Below, piece after piece: positions 61,814-64,000 of a DNA stretch of 64,000 bases (its first letter is position 1; each line of letters opens with the position of its first letter). The notes beneath the pieces were generated by a model. The model ran no database searches. It saw nothing but the letters and a program-made list of their open reading frames with translations, and had not been told where the DNA came from. This DNA comes from Lytechinus pictus (taxonomy: Eukaryota). The stretch covers positions 25,544,001 through 25,608,000 of the forward strand of contig NC_087248.1 of NCBI RefSeq assembly GCF_037042905.1, read 5' to 3'. The position numbers were made by a program, and so were the translations under genes.

Positions 61814-62904
61814 CTGGAATAAAAGTGACATAATGAAGAAACAAAAATACGTCATCAAACAAGGTCTTGAATGAGCCATTATACAAATATACCAGGCTTT
61901 GAATAAGAATAGTGGGAATAATTTTTCCGAGGTTTGCTATTTTTAGCAAAAAGCAATTTTGCAATTAGAACCAAGGGTGAATAATCCTCTCTATACTTTC
62001 GAAATAAATGTCTAGAATATTTTTTTTATATTCTACTGTTTATAAGTTAGAACGATAGATCTTGGTAATCTAGTTCTTGTACTCGTAATTCATCCATTTT
62101 AATCTGAACCTGAAGCCACGCAATCATCAGTGGATCATTGATTTAGCTAGTCTGAAAAAAGGTTTTGGAAAAAAAACATACCCTAAATACGGTTGACCCC
62201 GCGATTAGCTATTGACCAGTCTCTCAAAACCACCCTTTTCTTCAAAAATCGGTGTTTTGATACCCTTAACGAGTTGCACGCGCGACCCGCCAACAAAAAC
62301 TATACACCACACTTTCAAACTCGTATTTCTTTGTGTGTGTGTGTGTCACGCATGTGTACATCAATATAATTGACAGCCCCCCCCCCCCCGGAATTAGTGG
62401 GATAATACAGCCCCCCCCCCCCCCCACCAGGTAATAGGATATATCCTATTCCTCCAGGATCGACACATACAGTTATGTATATGATTATGTTCTTCCTTAA
62501 TACCATACTAAAATAAAGTTCACTGTCAAACCATATTGACACAAACAAGTAAGCATTCTTTGATAAGTACCCGAGCGTTTTGAAAGCAGATAAATTTAGT
62601 AAATGTTGCTCATATTGTAGCTTATTTAAAGAGTTACTAAAATGGGTTAGTTCTGCTTATTAATGGTTTGTAGCTTTCGGAAAGACTAGACTATACGTTT
62701 TGAGTATCATTGAAAACGAGGTTCCGTTATTATTTTAAGATTAATGTTTCTTATTTCAATTTCGTTTATGTTTCATGTATACATAAAGTATGTTGTCTAT
62801 GCATTACACCCTACCAATGAAACAAGTATATTGTTATTGTTATGTACTATGGACATGAGTTGAATATAAAACTTTTTTTTACTAATAAAGATGAAACACG
62901 TACA

Positions 62905-63083
62905 TGCGCTCGAGACGAGCATTCGAGGACTTTCTTCCTACCGGGTGCACATTCACCTGGGTTGAGTGCAGCACAGTGTGGATGAATTTCTTGCTGACGG
63001 AAAACACGCCATGGCTAGGATTCGAACCCATGACCCTTTTTTTGAAAGACGAGAGTCCGAACCACTAGACCACGACGTACCCA
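62905..63083 (-). mobile_element. tRNA-derived SINE (Nin/Deu-like core)
   Basis: A box TGGTCTAGTGG, B box GGTTCGAATCC, then CCACACTGTGCTGCACTCAACCCAGGTG. Confidence 0.75.
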
Positions 63084-64000
63084 CATGCTAAAACAATAAG
63101 CGGCATCGAAATCGGACTAATTGAAGCTCACCGGTCCTTTGTTCTTATGAGCCAAACCAAAGAAATATGCAAATGAGGTCATTAGCATGCATGTGCCCCA
63201 TCATCATTTGGCACAGGTAAAATTGAATCCGACACTACCCACATACTAAGCGACATCGGAATCGGAGCTTGCTTTCTTGGTCAGGTTTTTTTAAGGGGGG
63301 TGTTGAAATGACGGGAAACAGCCCTACATAACCTCCATACGTCCAACCGAACGCTAAATCACCATAAATAAACCGATACTACAGCGTGTATAAAAAAAAC
63401 GGGACAGATTTGAAAAGTCTATGAAATATTTGTTTCAAATGTTAATGTCTATATTTTGGTGTTAATAGGTGCTCTAAGGTCTTATCTTTCAAATGCTATT
63501 TAAAAAATGGTTTCGTTCATGCTTAAGCGAACACGGAATGTTTTTGTCTGTGGTTAAAAAGGAGGCTTGCGCCAGAATGGCATAAAATTATAAATATGAT
63601 GATCGGACTTCTTGCTAATTAGCACTTCCTCTTAACCTTTTCATTATCTTTGCCATAACCTTCCAATCATGCGGTCAAATTCATTTTCAGATTTATTTAT
63701 TTTGCTTGAGTTGTTATGTTGTTGTTTCGTTTTAATATGCTCTCTGTTACAAACAATTTTGTTTCAACCGGAGTATGGGAGAGCGTGGATTTTTTTTTTT
63801 CAAATCCTATCATTGTGTGCTACAAAGGTAATGGTGCCTTTTGAACAGTGCCACACAGATGATGGGCGGGGGCTTGGGATGTTCCCCCCTCCCCCTCAAT
63901 AAAAAAAAATGATGACCAAGAAAAAAGTGGACAGGAAATAAAAGGAAAGATAGAAAGTAAAATATGATATTATTTTCTAAATATTATGTCAAAATCTATC

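Overview
AT-rich, intron-containing animal DNA. It is most likely echinoderm (sea-urchin-like), inferred from the LRR exon type and repeat families. There are three zones. (1) 1-9590: a large CACTA/EnSpm (CMC) DNA transposon on the minus strand, with its end CACTC... at 9590 and a TA flank. It carries an intact 834-aa C2H2-DDE transposase ORF nested in intron 2 of a spliced SAM-domain gene. I reconstructed 7 exons and 363 open codons of that gene, which runs off the window start. The SAM exon-2 frame and the transposase are in the same frame, separated by a single TGA. (2) ~9.6-23.8 kb: intergenic DNA with MITEs, LINE remnants and an N gap. (3) 23892 to beyond 64000: the 3' part of a minus-strand NLR-type LRR gene. 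It has an expanding array of symmetric phase-0 LRR exons (seven intact, about four decayed) made by tandem segmental duplication. Its introns contain SINEs, LINE fragments, Helentron-like and Kolobok-like elements, and a ~7 kb foldback. All calls come from manual reading and translation; no searches were run.
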